DNA from: Thermoplasmatota archaeon
GTDB lineage: Archaea > Thermoplasmatota > Poseidoniia > Poseidoniales > Thalassarchaeaceae
Length of the DNA stretch: 64,000 nt
Direction of reading: 5' to 3'
Assembly: GCA_036251765.1 (NCBI GenBank)
Contig: JAZANL010000025.1
Coordinates: 667 to 64,666 of the forward strand
The first letter of the stretch is position 1, and every line of letters starts with the position of its first letter. Both the position numbers and the translations under genes were made by a program. Positions 48,084 to 57,542 of the stretch are shown in pieces. The notes under the pieces were generated by a model that had not been told where the DNA came from, did no database searches, and worked only from the letters and a program-made list of their open reading frames with translations.

Positions 48084-48794
48084 TTGCACATGCAACGACA
48101 TCCTGGGACCGATCCCCCATCATTTACGAGCAGAGTTTTGGCGACTGAAGGCGACTCTATCATTTTGGAAGAAACACATTGCTATCCAAGGGGAGGCGGG
48201 CAACCAGGAGATACAGGTTTGTTTAGATTGGAAGATGGCGCCACCGTCAAACTAGATGAGGTTCTACCTGGCGAAATGATTCTGCATCCTGTGGAAGAGA
48301 TTCAAAAGTTCTCAAAGGGCCAGAAAGTAAAATGCGAAATTGACGTGATTAGAAGGAACGGTCACACTATGATGCACACTGCTCAACATATCTTCTCTGC
48401 GTTAGCCGAAGACTTGTGGGGGTGTGAGACCGTTGGAAACCAGATTGGTGCTGATCAATCTAGAGTAGACCTACTTTTTGACGACAAGGAGTTATTCAAC
48501 CCGGAACAGCTAATTGAAAATGTGAATTCAGTACTCTCCTCAAATATTCCAGTGAACATTCACGAATGGGAGCGTGATAAGATTCTGGGGCATGAGAAAA
48601 TGAGACATACGAAGTTTATGCACAGAATCCCTTCATCAATAACTCATCTGCGTGTCGTCGAAGTAGAAGGGATAGATCTTTGCCCCTGTGCAGGTACTCA
48701 TGTTTCAAATACGTCGCAAATCCCACGCGTCAGGTTTCTGGGAAAGAAGAACAAGGGCAAGGGGAGACTCCGTGTTTCCTATGATTTTGAATAA
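48084..48794 (+). CDS. alaX: Alanyl-tRNA editing protein AlaX-like (AlaRS editing domain homologue)
   Basis: 'HTAQHIFSA' and 'CPCAGTHV' zinc-binding motifs of the AlaX/AlaRS editing domain. Confidence 0.7.
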   Translation: MHMQRHPGTDPPSFTSRVLATEGDSIILEETHCYPRGGGQPGDTGLFRLEDGATVKLDEVLPGEMILHPVEEIQKFSKGQKVKCEIDVIRRNGHTMMHTAQHIFSALAEDLWGCETVGNQIGADQSRVDLLFDDKELFNPEQLIENVNSVLSSNIPVNIHEWERDKILGHEKMRHTKFMHRIPSSITHLRVVEVEGIDLCPCAGTHVSNTSQIPRVRFLGKKNKGKGRLRVSYDFE

Positions 48795-48818
48795 TACAAT
48801 AGATAGAATAGATTCTAT

Positions 48819-48894
48819 TGGTGGGCTCGGCAGGAATTGAACCTGCGATCTTCGCCATGTCAAGGCGACGTCATAACCCCTAGACCACGAGCCC
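48819..48894 (-). tRNA. tRNA-Val (anticodon GAC), CCA encoded
   Basis: Reverse complement folds: acceptor GGGCUCG/CGAGCCC, anticodon stem UCGCC/GGCGA, loop UUGACAU, T-loop GGUUCAAUUCC, 3' ACCA. Confidence 0.85.
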
Positions 48895-49221
48895 GGCTCT
48901 CCTTCGAATTGTCTTCCACTCAAGAATCATTCTGAAGGCTATGAAACAATCTTGGAGATGCGTCCACCGCATCCATCGATGGAACATTCCCCTGCAACCC
49001 GTGTCCTTCCATTACTCATCACGATCAGCTTAGGTAGAAAAATTGGAACGTAAGTTTTGCATTTCATACAGAACCCATTGTATTCCGAAGACATGATCTC
49101 TGCACCACTCACCCAACTTCAATATTTCACTTCCAGGAGGGGGGTTTTAGGCAAATTATGCATATTTCTACGAAAACGAGATACTGCGGCTATGTTTAGC
49201 AATTCTAGATATTTTCAATTT

Positions 49222-49241
49222 CTGATAACGTAGGTTATCAG
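49222..49241. promoter_or_regulatory. Perfect palindrome CTGATAAC-N4-GTTATCAG in an AT-rich noncoding region
   Basis: 8-bp inverted-repeat arms with a 4-nt spacer. Nearby direct repeats of AATATTCTG (x2). Confidence 0.25.
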
Positions 49242-49360
49242 TAAGAAAACCAGCGGAATATTCTGCATTTTCGAAATATTCTGGAGATGAAGAGTTATTG
49301 CGAAGAAATATTGAAAAACGTGCTACATTAAATCAGACATATATATTTTCTCTAGTAGAA

Positions 49361-50656
49361 TCAATAAACCTTATTGGAATTAACAATCTCTCCATTTTTG
49401 ATAGTTATTCTAATCGGTGATGTTCCAGGTGTTTGGCACCATGAGTCAGCAGATGAAGACCATAGAATATTCAAGTCGGCAATTCCTCCTTCTGCAATTA
49501 CCCCCCGTGTGTCTCCAGGTTCTTGGAACATTGTCGAAGCTGGGTTCCGCGTCACAGCTGCGAGTGCAGCTATTGGATCAATGCCTAATCTGTGAGTTGC
49601 TAAACTTCCAATCAGTGGTAACGAAGTAATTGGGCAATTAGGATTGAAATCTGTTGCAAAAGAGAACGGCCAATCCTCTTCTATGCATTTATTTATCGGT
49701 AGATCGAGGCTCTTCCCAAGAACATAAGGGGTTCCCGGGAGAAAGGTCTGAACTGTACCCGACTCCGCCGCACTAACTCTGGAATCATCATTTGAGCATG
49801 CGACATGATCAGCACTAACTGATCCTAGTTCAGATGCCAACTGTAAGCCACCACTATCAATAAACTCATCCACATGTAGTCTCGATTCCATGCCATAAGA
49901 CTTCGATGCAGACACTATCTCCTCGGTTTGCTCGTTAGTGTACCACCCTTCTTCACAGAAAACGTCTACCCATTTTGCCAGAGACAACTCGGAAACAACA
50001 GGCAATTGTTCGGTTATGAGATGTTCTACATACTCATCCCTAGACATCTCTTTGGGAAAATCGTGTGCTCCCAGCCAAGTTGCTTGAACGTCGCAAGCGG
50101 ACATCCTGTCTATCACAGATATTGACTCAAGAAGCTTAACTTCAGAGTCTAAATCCAATCCATAACCACTCTTAGCTTCGATCGAAGTTGTCCCGTTCTT
50201 CATTGCCGTCTCGAGCCTTCTGAGACCACTTTCGACAATATGATTCTGGGGAGTACTTCGAGTACTGTTCACAGTCTTCATTATCCCGCCTCCAATCTTG
50301 GCGATTTCTTTGTACGTCTTTCCTGATATCCTCATGGCTAGCTCATTTGATCTATCCCCAGACCAAACTAGATGTGTGTGACTGTCTACGAATCCGGGCA
50401 CGACAGACATTCCCCCGACATCAATCACCCTAGTTCCGCCATCCTCACTCTTGGTTGGGTACCATGGAGCATACTCGGCAACCAGATCTTGCATTGGCTC
50501 GATTTTCAGGATCTTGCCAGAATCTATGAGAATCCCAATTCCCGGAGGTGAAATCAGGGCCTCCCTCTCCAACATTCTATTTCCCGAAAGGGGGAATTCG
50601 TCATCACCAGTAGATAGATGTGCAACTTCACCACAGTTGTACAGCAGGGTCCTCAT
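49361..50656 (-). CDS. hutI: Imidazolonepropionase (amidohydrolase superfamily)
   Basis: 431 aa. Metal-binding 'FVDSHTHLVW' and later His/Asp residues. Sits in the hut gene neighbourhood. Confidence 0.75.
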   Translation of the reverse strand: MRTLLYNCGEVAHLSTGDDEFPLSGNRMLEREALISPPGIGILIDSGKILKIEPMQDLVAEYAPWYPTKSEDGGTRVIDVGGMSVVPGFVDSHTHLVWSGDRSNELAMRISGKTYKEIAKIGGGIMKTVNSTRSTPQNHIVESGLRRLETAMKNGTTSIEAKSGYGLDLDSEVKLLESISVIDRMSACDVQATWLGAHDFPKEMSRDEYVEHLITEQLPVVSELSLAKWVDVFCEEGWYTNEQTEEIVSASKSYGMESRLHVDEFIDSGGLQLASELGSVSADHVACSNDDSRVSAAESGTVQTFLPGTPYVLGKSLDLPINKCIEEDWPFSFATDFNPNCPITSLPLIGSLATHRLGIDPIAALAAVTRNPASTMFQEPGDTRGVIAEGGIADLNILWSSSADSWCQTPGTSPIRITIKNGEIVNSNKVY

Positions 50657-50707
50657 GATTGCTGGAGATTCCGATAGTTGAAAGAACTCGCGCCCATGGG
50701 AGGGGGT

Positions 50708-51715
50708 ATGAGTGGCATTATACTAGGTATAGAAAGCACTGCTCACACCTTCTCTTTTGGTAGCGTAAGTACTCAAGGAGACCTCTTCCCTTCATTTTCT
50801 TCACTATTCCGACCAGATGAGGGAGGAATCCATCCACGAGAGGCTGCTGATCATCACTCCGAATCAACCTCAAAGCTACTCAACCAGTTCTCAAGCGAAA
50901 GGGATTTTTCTTGGGACTCAATTGTTGCAGTAGCATTTAGCCAGGGTCCCGGACTTGGCCCTTGCCTCCGTGTCGGAGCCTCAGTAGCTAGAACTCTGGC
51001 AACACGACTCTCTGTCCCTTTGATTGGAGTAAACCATTGCGTTGCCCACATAGAAGTTGGAAGGAATCAGACTGGCTGTATCGACCCAGTATTACTGTAT
51101 GTTAGCGGAGGAAATACTCAGGTGATAGCAAGAGCCGATGGCCGCTATCGAGTTCTAGGTGAGACATTGGATATCGGAATAGGAAACATGCTGGACAAAT
51201 TTGGTAGGTCCCAGGGTATGCCTTTTCCAGGAGGTCCAAAAATCGAGAAGCTTTCTCTGAAGCATTCGCAGAAAGGCCCGCAATCACTCGAAGAGGTATA
51301 TCTCCCATATGGTGTGCACGGGATGGATCTAGCATTCTCAGGCATGCTCACAGCAGCAAACCAGAAGGTTTCCGAAGGCATGCCACTGGAACAAGTTTGT
51401 TGGTCTCTTCAGGAGCACTCTTTTGCCACATGTGTTGAAGTTGCAGAGAGGGCTCTCGCACATACTGGAAAGTCAGAACTATTGTTGGGCGGAGGAGTTG
51501 CGTGTAATGAAAGGCTCAGAGAAATGAGCAGAATAATGTGTGAAGAGAGGGGGGCTATCTGCTATTGGCCCGAAAAACCATTCTGTATTGACAATGGAAC
51601 GATGATCGCTGAGCTAGGTAGGAGAATGCTCGAATCCGGCATAGAAACACCGATTATGAGTAGCGCCATCGATCCGTCACTCAGGACCGATAACACAGCC
51701 GTTGTGTGGCCATAA
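50708..51715 (+). CDS. kae1: tRNA N6-adenosine threonylcarbamoyltransferase Kae1
   Basis: 'ILGIESTAHTF', 'NHCVAHIE' (HxxH metal site), 'GGVACNERL'. Start placed at the Met preceding 'SGIILGIES' (the ORF opens at 50678). Confidence 0.85.
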   Translation: MSGIILGIESTAHTFSFGSVSTQGDLFPSFSSLFRPDEGGIHPREAADHHSESTSKLLNQFSSERDFSWDSIVAVAFSQGPGLGPCLRVGASVARTLATRLSVPLIGVNHCVAHIEVGRNQTGCIDPVLLYVSGGNTQVIARADGRYRVLGETLDIGIGNMLDKFGRSQGMPFPGGPKIEKLSLKHSQKGPQSLEEVYLPYGVHGMDLAFSGMLTAANQKVSEGMPLEQVCWSLQEHSFATCVEVAERALAHTGKSELLLGGGVACNERLREMSRIMCEERGAICYWPEKPFCIDNGTMIAELGRRMLESGIETPIMSSAIDPSLRTDNTAVVWP

Positions 51716-51730
51716 AAATAACGAACTCTT

Positions 51731-52621
51731 ATGAGAGTCCGTCCAACCGGTTGTTTGAGGATTGATTCGAAAGTGCAGAGGAGACGTAAGAAGAAGGCTG
51801 CCCCAAAGAACATTTTCGGGTCCGTTTCACAACCTGCTCAGAAACCAAGGAAAACAACCACGAGTAAAAACAATCCATCTAGGCCTAGGTCTCAGATAGC
51901 TCCCCCGCCATCAGTTCCAGGTGCTAAGCCAAAGAAAATTTCACCACCAGAACCACGTATGATAGAACCTACTTCACAATCCGAAGAAATCTCAACTCCA
52001 CTTGAGGAAACCACGCCTCCTCAGCAGGAAAATGTTGTAGATCCTGCTCCCGTGGAAACCGTAGAAGCAGATCCCGAAGTGAAGGAAGAAGACATCATTC
52101 AGGACCAGATTCTTGGGGAAAGCACAAGGAAAGACATAGGCCTCGATAAGAAAAACGATCAATCGCCTGAAGAACGCATTGTCGAGGAAGGCCATGGAAA
52201 GAGTTTGAAGGCTAGGCAGATTATTCAGGATAGTATGCTGAAAGCATCTCTTGCCGTGGAAGAGGCAAAGACACAGAAGAAAATCCAGCAAGAGGCCCCG
52301 TCCACTGTTGAGGTACCAAAGAAGCCTCAGAAGAAATTCAAGAGCAAGACTTCATCATATCAACCAGCAAACAGGGCTAAGAGATTGGATAGAAGTAGAC
52401 ACATGGAGTACAAGTATGAAATGCGCGGCCTTCTTTCCGATATTGGAATTGCAGAAGAGCATCGTTCAAACCTCCTCGCTACGATATGGGCTAGGGGTGA
52501 AAGGCAAACTACCAAGGAGGCCAAGGAATTCTTAGAGGAGAAACTCAGCGAGGGAATAATCGATGAAGATCAAATGACGTCTCTAGAAAAGATAGTTGAA
52601 GGATATACTGTTAGAAGATAA
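51731..52621 (+). CDS. Low-complexity/disordered protein (Pro/Lys/Glu-rich N-terminal 220 aa) with small C-terminal helical domain
   Basis: 296 aa. Compositional bias (PPPSVPGAKPKK...) and a C-terminal 75-aa predicted helical region. No motif. Confidence 0.4.
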   Translation: MRVRPTGCLRIDSKVQRRRKKKAAPKNIFGSVSQPAQKPRKTTTSKNNPSRPRSQIAPPPSVPGAKPKKISPPEPRMIEPTSQSEEISTPLEETTPPQQENVVDPAPVETVEADPEVKEEDIIQDQILGESTRKDIGLDKKNDQSPEERIVEEGHGKSLKARQIIQDSMLKASLAVEEAKTQKKIQQEAPSTVEVPKKPQKKFKSKTSSYQPANRAKRLDRSRHMEYKYEMRGLLSDIGIAEEHRSNLLATIWARGERQTTKEAKEFLEEKLSEGIIDEDQMTSLEKIVEGYTVRR

Positions 52622-52624
52622 GAA

Positions 52625-54196
52625 TTGAGAATGGTTCATGGGTCTAAACCCTCTGGGCATAACGTGGTAGAAAAGACAGACAGTATGGACGGAGCGCCCC
52701 CGAATTCTCCGGGTTCTCCTCCATACCGCAGGGGCATCCATACTGGAATGTACAGAGACAAGCTCTGGACAATGAGGCAGTATGCCGGTTTCTCATCACC
52801 CGCAAATACGAATAAGCGATTCAAAACCCTCCTGGAAAGTGGCCAGACAGGCATCTCCATAGCGTTTGATCTACCTACTCAACTAGGTCTGGATTCTGAT
52901 GACGAACTCGCATCTGGCGAGGTCGGTAAGGTTGGGGTGCCAATAGACTCAATCCATGACATGCGTGAGTTATTTTCCGGGATAGATATGTCCTCGATAT
53001 CGACATCAATGACGATAAATGCACCAGCAACAACCCTCCTTGCATTGTATGTGGCGGTAGCTGAAGAGAAAGGAATAGCAATAGATTCGTTAACCGGAAC
53101 CGTACAGAATGATATTCTGAAAGAATACATATCTCGAGGTTTGTACATCTTCCCCCCCGAACAATCGATTCGATTGACTACAGATCTAATGTCTTGGTGC
53201 AATACAAACGCACCCAGGTGGAATACCATTTCAATTAGTGGCTACCACATGAGGGAGGCCGGGTGTACTGCCTCACAGGAAATCGCTCTTACATTAGCAA
53301 ATGCTATTTTCTATTCTAGAAAGGCGTTAGAGGCTGGTATGAAAATAGATGATTTCGCACCCAGAATGTCCTTTTTCTTTGCCTGCCATAATAATTTCAT
53401 AGAAGAGGTCAGTAAATTCAGGGCAGCAAGGCAACTGTGGTATGAATTGGTAGAGCATGAGTTCTCCCCCAGCGATCCAAAATCTTCACAGTTGAGATTT
53501 CACACCCAAACATCGGGAGTTACACTAACAGCACAACAACCCATGAATAATGCCATTAGAGTAGCATATCAAGCACTCTCTGCCGTCTTTGGAGGAACAC
53601 AATCACTGCATACCAATAGCTTCGATGAGGCTTTGGGTCTACCAACAGAAGAGTCAGCAAGACTAGCACTGCGAACCCAGCAGATTATAGCAGAGGAATT
53701 GGGAATTACGGAGCATGTTGATCCACTTGGTGGCTCTTCAACAATAGAAGATCATACTGATGATTTGATCGATCAAGCACGCTCTATAATACATGATATA
53801 GAGATGTTAGGCGGAGCTATGGAGTGCGTGAAATCAGGCCACCAACAGAGAATAATCCATGAAAGCGCATGGGATCAGATTCGCAGAGTAGAGGATAAGA
53901 GTGAGCTTGTCGTAGGCGTCAACTCCCATGTTGATGACGAAGAGCCAGATTTCGAAGGGCTCATCCTCGACTCCAGCGAAGCTAAATCTAAGGTCTCGCA
54001 GTTAATCGATATGAAATCAAAAAGAGATATAGGACCAGTCGAAGAGTCATTATCCGAGCTTAGACGCTATTGCAGAAATGGCTCCAACGTTATGCCGGCG
54101 ATAATTTCTGCTGTTAAAGCAGAGGCAACCGTAGGAGAGGTCAACAGTGTTTTGAGAGAAGAGTTCGGGACATGGGTCGCCCCAAGTGGTGTTTGA
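52625..54196 (+). CDS. Methylmalonyl-CoA mutase, catalytic (N-terminal TIM-barrel) subunit
   Basis: 523 aa. Characteristic MCM substrate-barrel blocks ('RQYAGFSS', 'ISISGYHMREAG'). Confidence 0.9.
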   Translation: MRMVHGSKPSGHNVVEKTDSMDGAPPNSPGSPPYRRGIHTGMYRDKLWTMRQYAGFSSPANTNKRFKTLLESGQTGISIAFDLPTQLGLDSDDELASGEVGKVGVPIDSIHDMRELFSGIDMSSISTSMTINAPATTLLALYVAVAEEKGIAIDSLTGTVQNDILKEYISRGLYIFPPEQSIRLTTDLMSWCNTNAPRWNTISISGYHMREAGCTASQEIALTLANAIFYSRKALEAGMKIDDFAPRMSFFFACHNNFIEEVSKFRAARQLWYELVEHEFSPSDPKSSQLRFHTQTSGVTLTAQQPMNNAIRVAYQALSAVFGGTQSLHTNSFDEALGLPTEESARLALRTQQIIAEELGITEHVDPLGGSSTIEDHTDDLIDQARSIIHDIEMLGGAMECVKSGHQQRIIHESAWDQIRRVEDKSELVVGVNSHVDDEEPDFEGLILDSSEAKSKVSQLIDMKSKRDIGPVEESLSELRRYCRNGSNVMPAIISAVKAEATVGEVNSVLREEFGTWVAPSGV

Positions 54197-54604
54197 ATGA
54201 CTAGAGGTACTGTAAATCACATAGGAATAGCGACTTCATCTCTTGATGGATCAGAGGAACTATGGTCAAAATTGGGTTTCTCAAACTCAGTGGACAAGGT
54301 TAACGAAGAACAGGGTGTGAGAATCAGGTACCTACATGGCTCGGGCGACACTAGAATAGAACTTTTAGAGCCACTATCAGAGGATACCCCCGTAGGGCGC
54401 TTCATAGAAAAAAGAGGACCAGGTCTTCAACAGATTGCAATAGATGTTGAAGATTTAGATTCGATGATATCAGAATTGATTGGAATTGGGGTCACAATGG
54501 TTTCAGAGGAACCCGTCGTTGGTTCAGATGGGGTCCGAGTAGCCTTCATCCACCCTTCATCTGCAGGGGGGGTACTCATAGAATTAGTAGAATCTGCCAA
54601 GTGA
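54197..54604 (+). CDS. Methylmalonyl-CoA epimerase (VOC/glyoxalase family)
   Basis: 'VNHIGIAT' N-terminal metal-His and 'GGVLIELVE' C-terminal Glu. 135 aa. Abuts the mutase stop. Confidence 0.8.
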   Translation: MTRGTVNHIGIATSSLDGSEELWSKLGFSNSVDKVNEEQGVRIRYLHGSGDTRIELLEPLSEDTPVGRFIEKRGPGLQQIAIDVEDLDSMISELIGIGVTMVSEEPVVGSDGVRVAFIHPSSAGGVLIELVESAK

Positions 54605-54638
54605 GAATCATCAAAAAGAAACTGCATCTCGGATCATC

Positions 54639-54941
54639 ATGATTACTTCATTGGGCAGATTCGATAATCTAGGTGAGGCATCTGTCGGAGAAATTGAGTT
54701 AGAACGAGACTTCATCAGAGACTCTCTTGAGGTTCTGAGGGGAACAGGCCAGATTTCCAATGACGCATTCCTAGACGCAGGAACCATTCAAGGCGGGCTT
54801 TCCCTTCTTCTAAGCCTCATATCCCAGGGTATTTCTGAAGAAGAAGCAGCCATCCAACTAAACAGCCTCAAGCAAAGGGCAAATTCGCTTGAAGAAAAAT
54901 ATCCAGGATTAGATGAAAAGATTGAGAAAATACGAAAGTAA
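54639..54941 (+). CDS. Small hypothetical protein (100 aa)
   Basis: ORF only. Confidence 0.3.
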   Translation: MITSLGRFDNLGEASVGEIELERDFIRDSLEVLRGTGQISNDAFLDAGTIQGGLSLLLSLISQGISEEEAAIQLNSLKQRANSLEEKYPGLDEKIEKIRK

Positions 54942-54993
54942 TATCCCAGTAATACTCCAGTAATATTATATCCCTACCCAAGTTCGGTAGGTT

Positions 54994-55155
54994 ATGCCCA
55001 AGATTAGCCTGGACATGCCAAATGAAATCGTTTCCGATCTCAAGGAACACGTTGGCGACTCGAAGAAATTCGTTAGCTTGGCTGACGCAATTAGGACTGC
55101 TTGTAGGAAGATGCTCGATCAATTAGACGAAATTGACTCAAGACACGGGAGGTGA
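54994..55155 (+). CDS. Small ribbon-helix-helix-like protein (53 aa) upstream of folE; not in the supplied ORF track
   Basis: Translation by hand: MPKISLDMPNEIVSDLKEHVGDSKKFVSLADAIRTACRKMLDQLDEIDSRHGR. A beta-strand 'KISLDMP' followed by two helices is RHH-like. Stop lies 4 nt before the folE start. Confidence 0.35.
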   Translation: MPKISLDMPNEIVSDLKEHVGDSKKFVSLADAIRTACRKMLDQLDEIDSRHGR

Positions 55156-55159
55156 AGAA

Positions 55160-55738
55160 ATGAGCAAACCCGGCAGGGAAGACGCAATTGATGCAGTCCG
55201 TGCTCTAGTTCGCTACATAGAACAGTGCGGACCAGACCTACGTGAGGGCCTAGAAAATACCCCCCAGAGAGTAATCAACTCATTTGAAGAGATTTTTTGT
55301 GGATATACTCAGGATGCCGACGACATTCTCAACTCGACATTCAACGCAGAGGGGTACGATGGCATCGTTCTGCTCAGGGACATCGAGTTCCACAGCACCT
55401 GCGAGCACCATCTCCAACCCTTCTCTGGAAGGGCCCACGTGGCATACATCCCTGTAGACAGGATAGTCGGGATTAGCAAGCTAGCTAGGCTTGTCGACAT
55501 GCACGCAAAGAGGCTTCAGAACCAAGAGAGGATAACGAAGGGAATAACGGACGACTTGATGGAGCACCTAGAGCCAAAGGGCTGCGCCGCGATCATCGAA
55601 GCTCAGCATGGATGCATGAGGTGCAGGGGAGTACAGAAGCAGAATTCGGTTATGACAACTAGTTCGATGAGAGGGGCCTTCTTCGACAAGTCCGAGGCTC
55701 GTTCGGAGTTGCTGCAACTTATTCGCAGTCCACCTTAG
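55160..55738 (+). CDS. folE: GTP cyclohydrolase I (FolE type)
   Basis: 'HSTCEHHLQPF' zinc-site motif. RBS 'GGGAGGTGA' upstream of the Met. Confidence 0.85.
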   Translation: MSKPGREDAIDAVRALVRYIEQCGPDLREGLENTPQRVINSFEEIFCGYTQDADDILNSTFNAEGYDGIVLLRDIEFHSTCEHHLQPFSGRAHVAYIPVDRIVGISKLARLVDMHAKRLQNQERITKGITDDLMEHLEPKGCAAIIEAQHGCMRCRGVQKQNSVMTTSSMRGAFFDKSEARSELLQLIRSPP

Positions 55739-55750
55739 GGGCGTAGAGAA

Positions 55751-56347
55751 ATGGTAAACTATCCTATAGTAGAGATATTCCATTCAGTCCAGGGTGAGGG
55801 TTTTCACAGCGGCGTTCCCCACGTCTTCGTGAGGTTCGGTAACTGCAACCTAAGGTGCGAGTGGTGTGACACCGACTTCATGGTCTACGAGGAGATGGAC
55901 TTGGATTCCATAGTCGAGCAGGTGCTATCCTACGAATGCGACAGGGTGATCTTCACTGGGGGGGAGCCCGCAATGCAGGATCTTTCGACCATAGGCAATC
56001 GCCTCAAGGAGCACGGCATAAAACTCTCCATAGAGACCAATGGCACCATAGAAGTGGACCCCATAATCGACTGGATATGCGTCAGCCCAAAGGACCAGTT
56101 GTACCCAAATGTGGCTATCAGACAGAGGACTGGCGATGAGTTGAAAGTAGTTTTTTGCGGGCAGCCTCTAGACATATATGACGATCTGAAGGATGGTTTC
56201 ACACACCATTTCATTCAACCATGCTACATCGATACCGATTCTGTGGAGCAGAACGGGAGGAACTTCCAGCTCGTGGAGAAATTGGTGAAGGAGAGCCCCG
56301 GATGGAGGCTCAGCTTACAGACTCACAAGTGGATGGGGGTTCTCTGA
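55751..56347 (+). CDS. queE: 7-carboxy-7-deazaguanine synthase (radical SAM)
   Basis: 'FGNCNLRCEWCDT' cluster motif and 'FTGGEP'. Confidence 0.85.
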   Translation: MVNYPIVEIFHSVQGEGFHSGVPHVFVRFGNCNLRCEWCDTDFMVYEEMDLDSIVEQVLSYECDRVIFTGGEPAMQDLSTIGNRLKEHGIKLSIETNGTIEVDPIIDWICVSPKDQLYPNVAIRQRTGDELKVVFCGQPLDIYDDLKDGFTHHFIQPCYIDTDSVEQNGRNFQLVEKLVKESPGWRLSLQTHKWMGVL

Positions 56348-57126
56348 TGCGTGCTGTTATGGCGCTATCAGGTGGAATGGACAGCACCGGCCTACTGATG
56401 AGGCTACTTGCTGATGGGTACAAGGTCAGTTGCTTGTCATTCGACTACGGGCAGAAGCACTCAATAGAGTTGGAGAGGGCCAAAGAGAATATCAGTTACC
56501 TCTCGCAAAATGGCATCCATGTGGATCATATGATAGCGGAACTAGGTTCGGTAATGGGACTATTCCAATCTGCTCTAACTACCGAGGGGATAGAAGTCCC
56601 AGAGGGTCACTATGAGTCAGTCCAGATGAAGCAGACTGTCGTCCCGAACAGGAACGCTATCTTCTCATCCATACTGTATGGATACGCCCTATCCGTGGCG
56701 CTCAGAGAGGGTAAGGAGACGAAAATTGCGCTGGGGGTCCACAGCGGCGACCACGAGATCTACCCAGACTGCCGCCCCGAGTTCTACGAAGCGATAGGCG
56801 AGGCCTTCCACATCGGGAACTGGGATAGCGAACTCGTCTCGTTCCATCTGCCATACATCGACGGCGACAAGGAGACCATCCTAACGGACTCGGATCAGGC
56901 GATCCGTTCCCTGGGGCTCGACTTCGATACTGTCTTCTCCAACACTAACACATCCTACAACCCAGACGAGTTAGGTCGTAGCTCTGGAAAATCAGGAGCC
57001 GATGTGGAGAGGATTCTGGCATTCCACTCCATAGGCAGGAAGGACCCGGTTGAGTACGTGGATGGGTGGGAATCCGCCCTTGAGAACGCGCTGATGGAGG
57101 CCGAGAAACACGAGGAGATAACATGA
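56347..57126 (+). CDS. queC: 7-cyano-7-deazaguanine synthase
   Basis: 'ALSGGMDST' PP-loop and 'SFDYGQKH'. Start set to the internal Met overlapping the queE stop (TGATG). Confidence 0.85.
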   Translation: MRAVMALSGGMDSTGLLMRLLADGYKVSCLSFDYGQKHSIELERAKENISYLSQNGIHVDHMIAELGSVMGLFQSALTTEGIEVPEGHYESVQMKQTVVPNRNAIFSSILYGYALSVALREGKETKIALGVHSGDHEIYPDCRPEFYEAIGEAFHIGNWDSELVSFHLPYIDGDKETILTDSDQAIRSLGLDFDTVFSNTNTSYNPDELGRSSGKSGADVERILAFHSIGRKDPVEYVDGWESALENALMEAEKHEEIT

Positions 57127-57542
57127 GTCGTGATGAGCCGAGATTTGATCCGGAAAGGGATGAGGAGTGGAGGTCAAGATTGACCCCACTGCAGTACCAC
57201 GTTACCAGAGAAGGAGGTACTGAGAGACCTGGTACAGGATCACTGAACATGGAGGACAGGGACGGAGACTACTTCTGCATCTGCTGTGGGAACCTACTTT
57301 TCACTAGCCAGATGAAGTACGACTCTGGTTGCGGGTGGCCCGCCTTCCACACAGAGCACCCCGAAGCCGGGATAAGAAGGCTTGAGGACACCAGCCACGG
57401 AATGGTTCGCGTTGAAGTCAGGTGCAAAGACTGTGACGCCCATCTAGGACACGTCTTCGATGATGGCCCATTGAGTCTCGGAGGCGAGAGATACTGCATC
57501 AACTCAGCAAGTCTGGACTTCGTACCGGAGGCATCACAATGA
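57123..57542 (+). CDS. msrB: Peptide methionine-(R)-S-oxide reductase MsrB
   Basis: 'CICCGNLLF', 'CGWPAF', 'RYCINSASL' MsrB zinc and catalytic motifs. Confidence 0.85.
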   Translation: MSRDEPRFDPERDEEWRSRLTPLQYHVTREGGTERPGTGSLNMEDRDGDYFCICCGNLLFTSQMKYDSGCGWPAFHTEHPEAGIRRLEDTSHGMVRVEVRCKDCDAHLGHVFDDGPLSLGGERYCINSASLDFVPEASQ

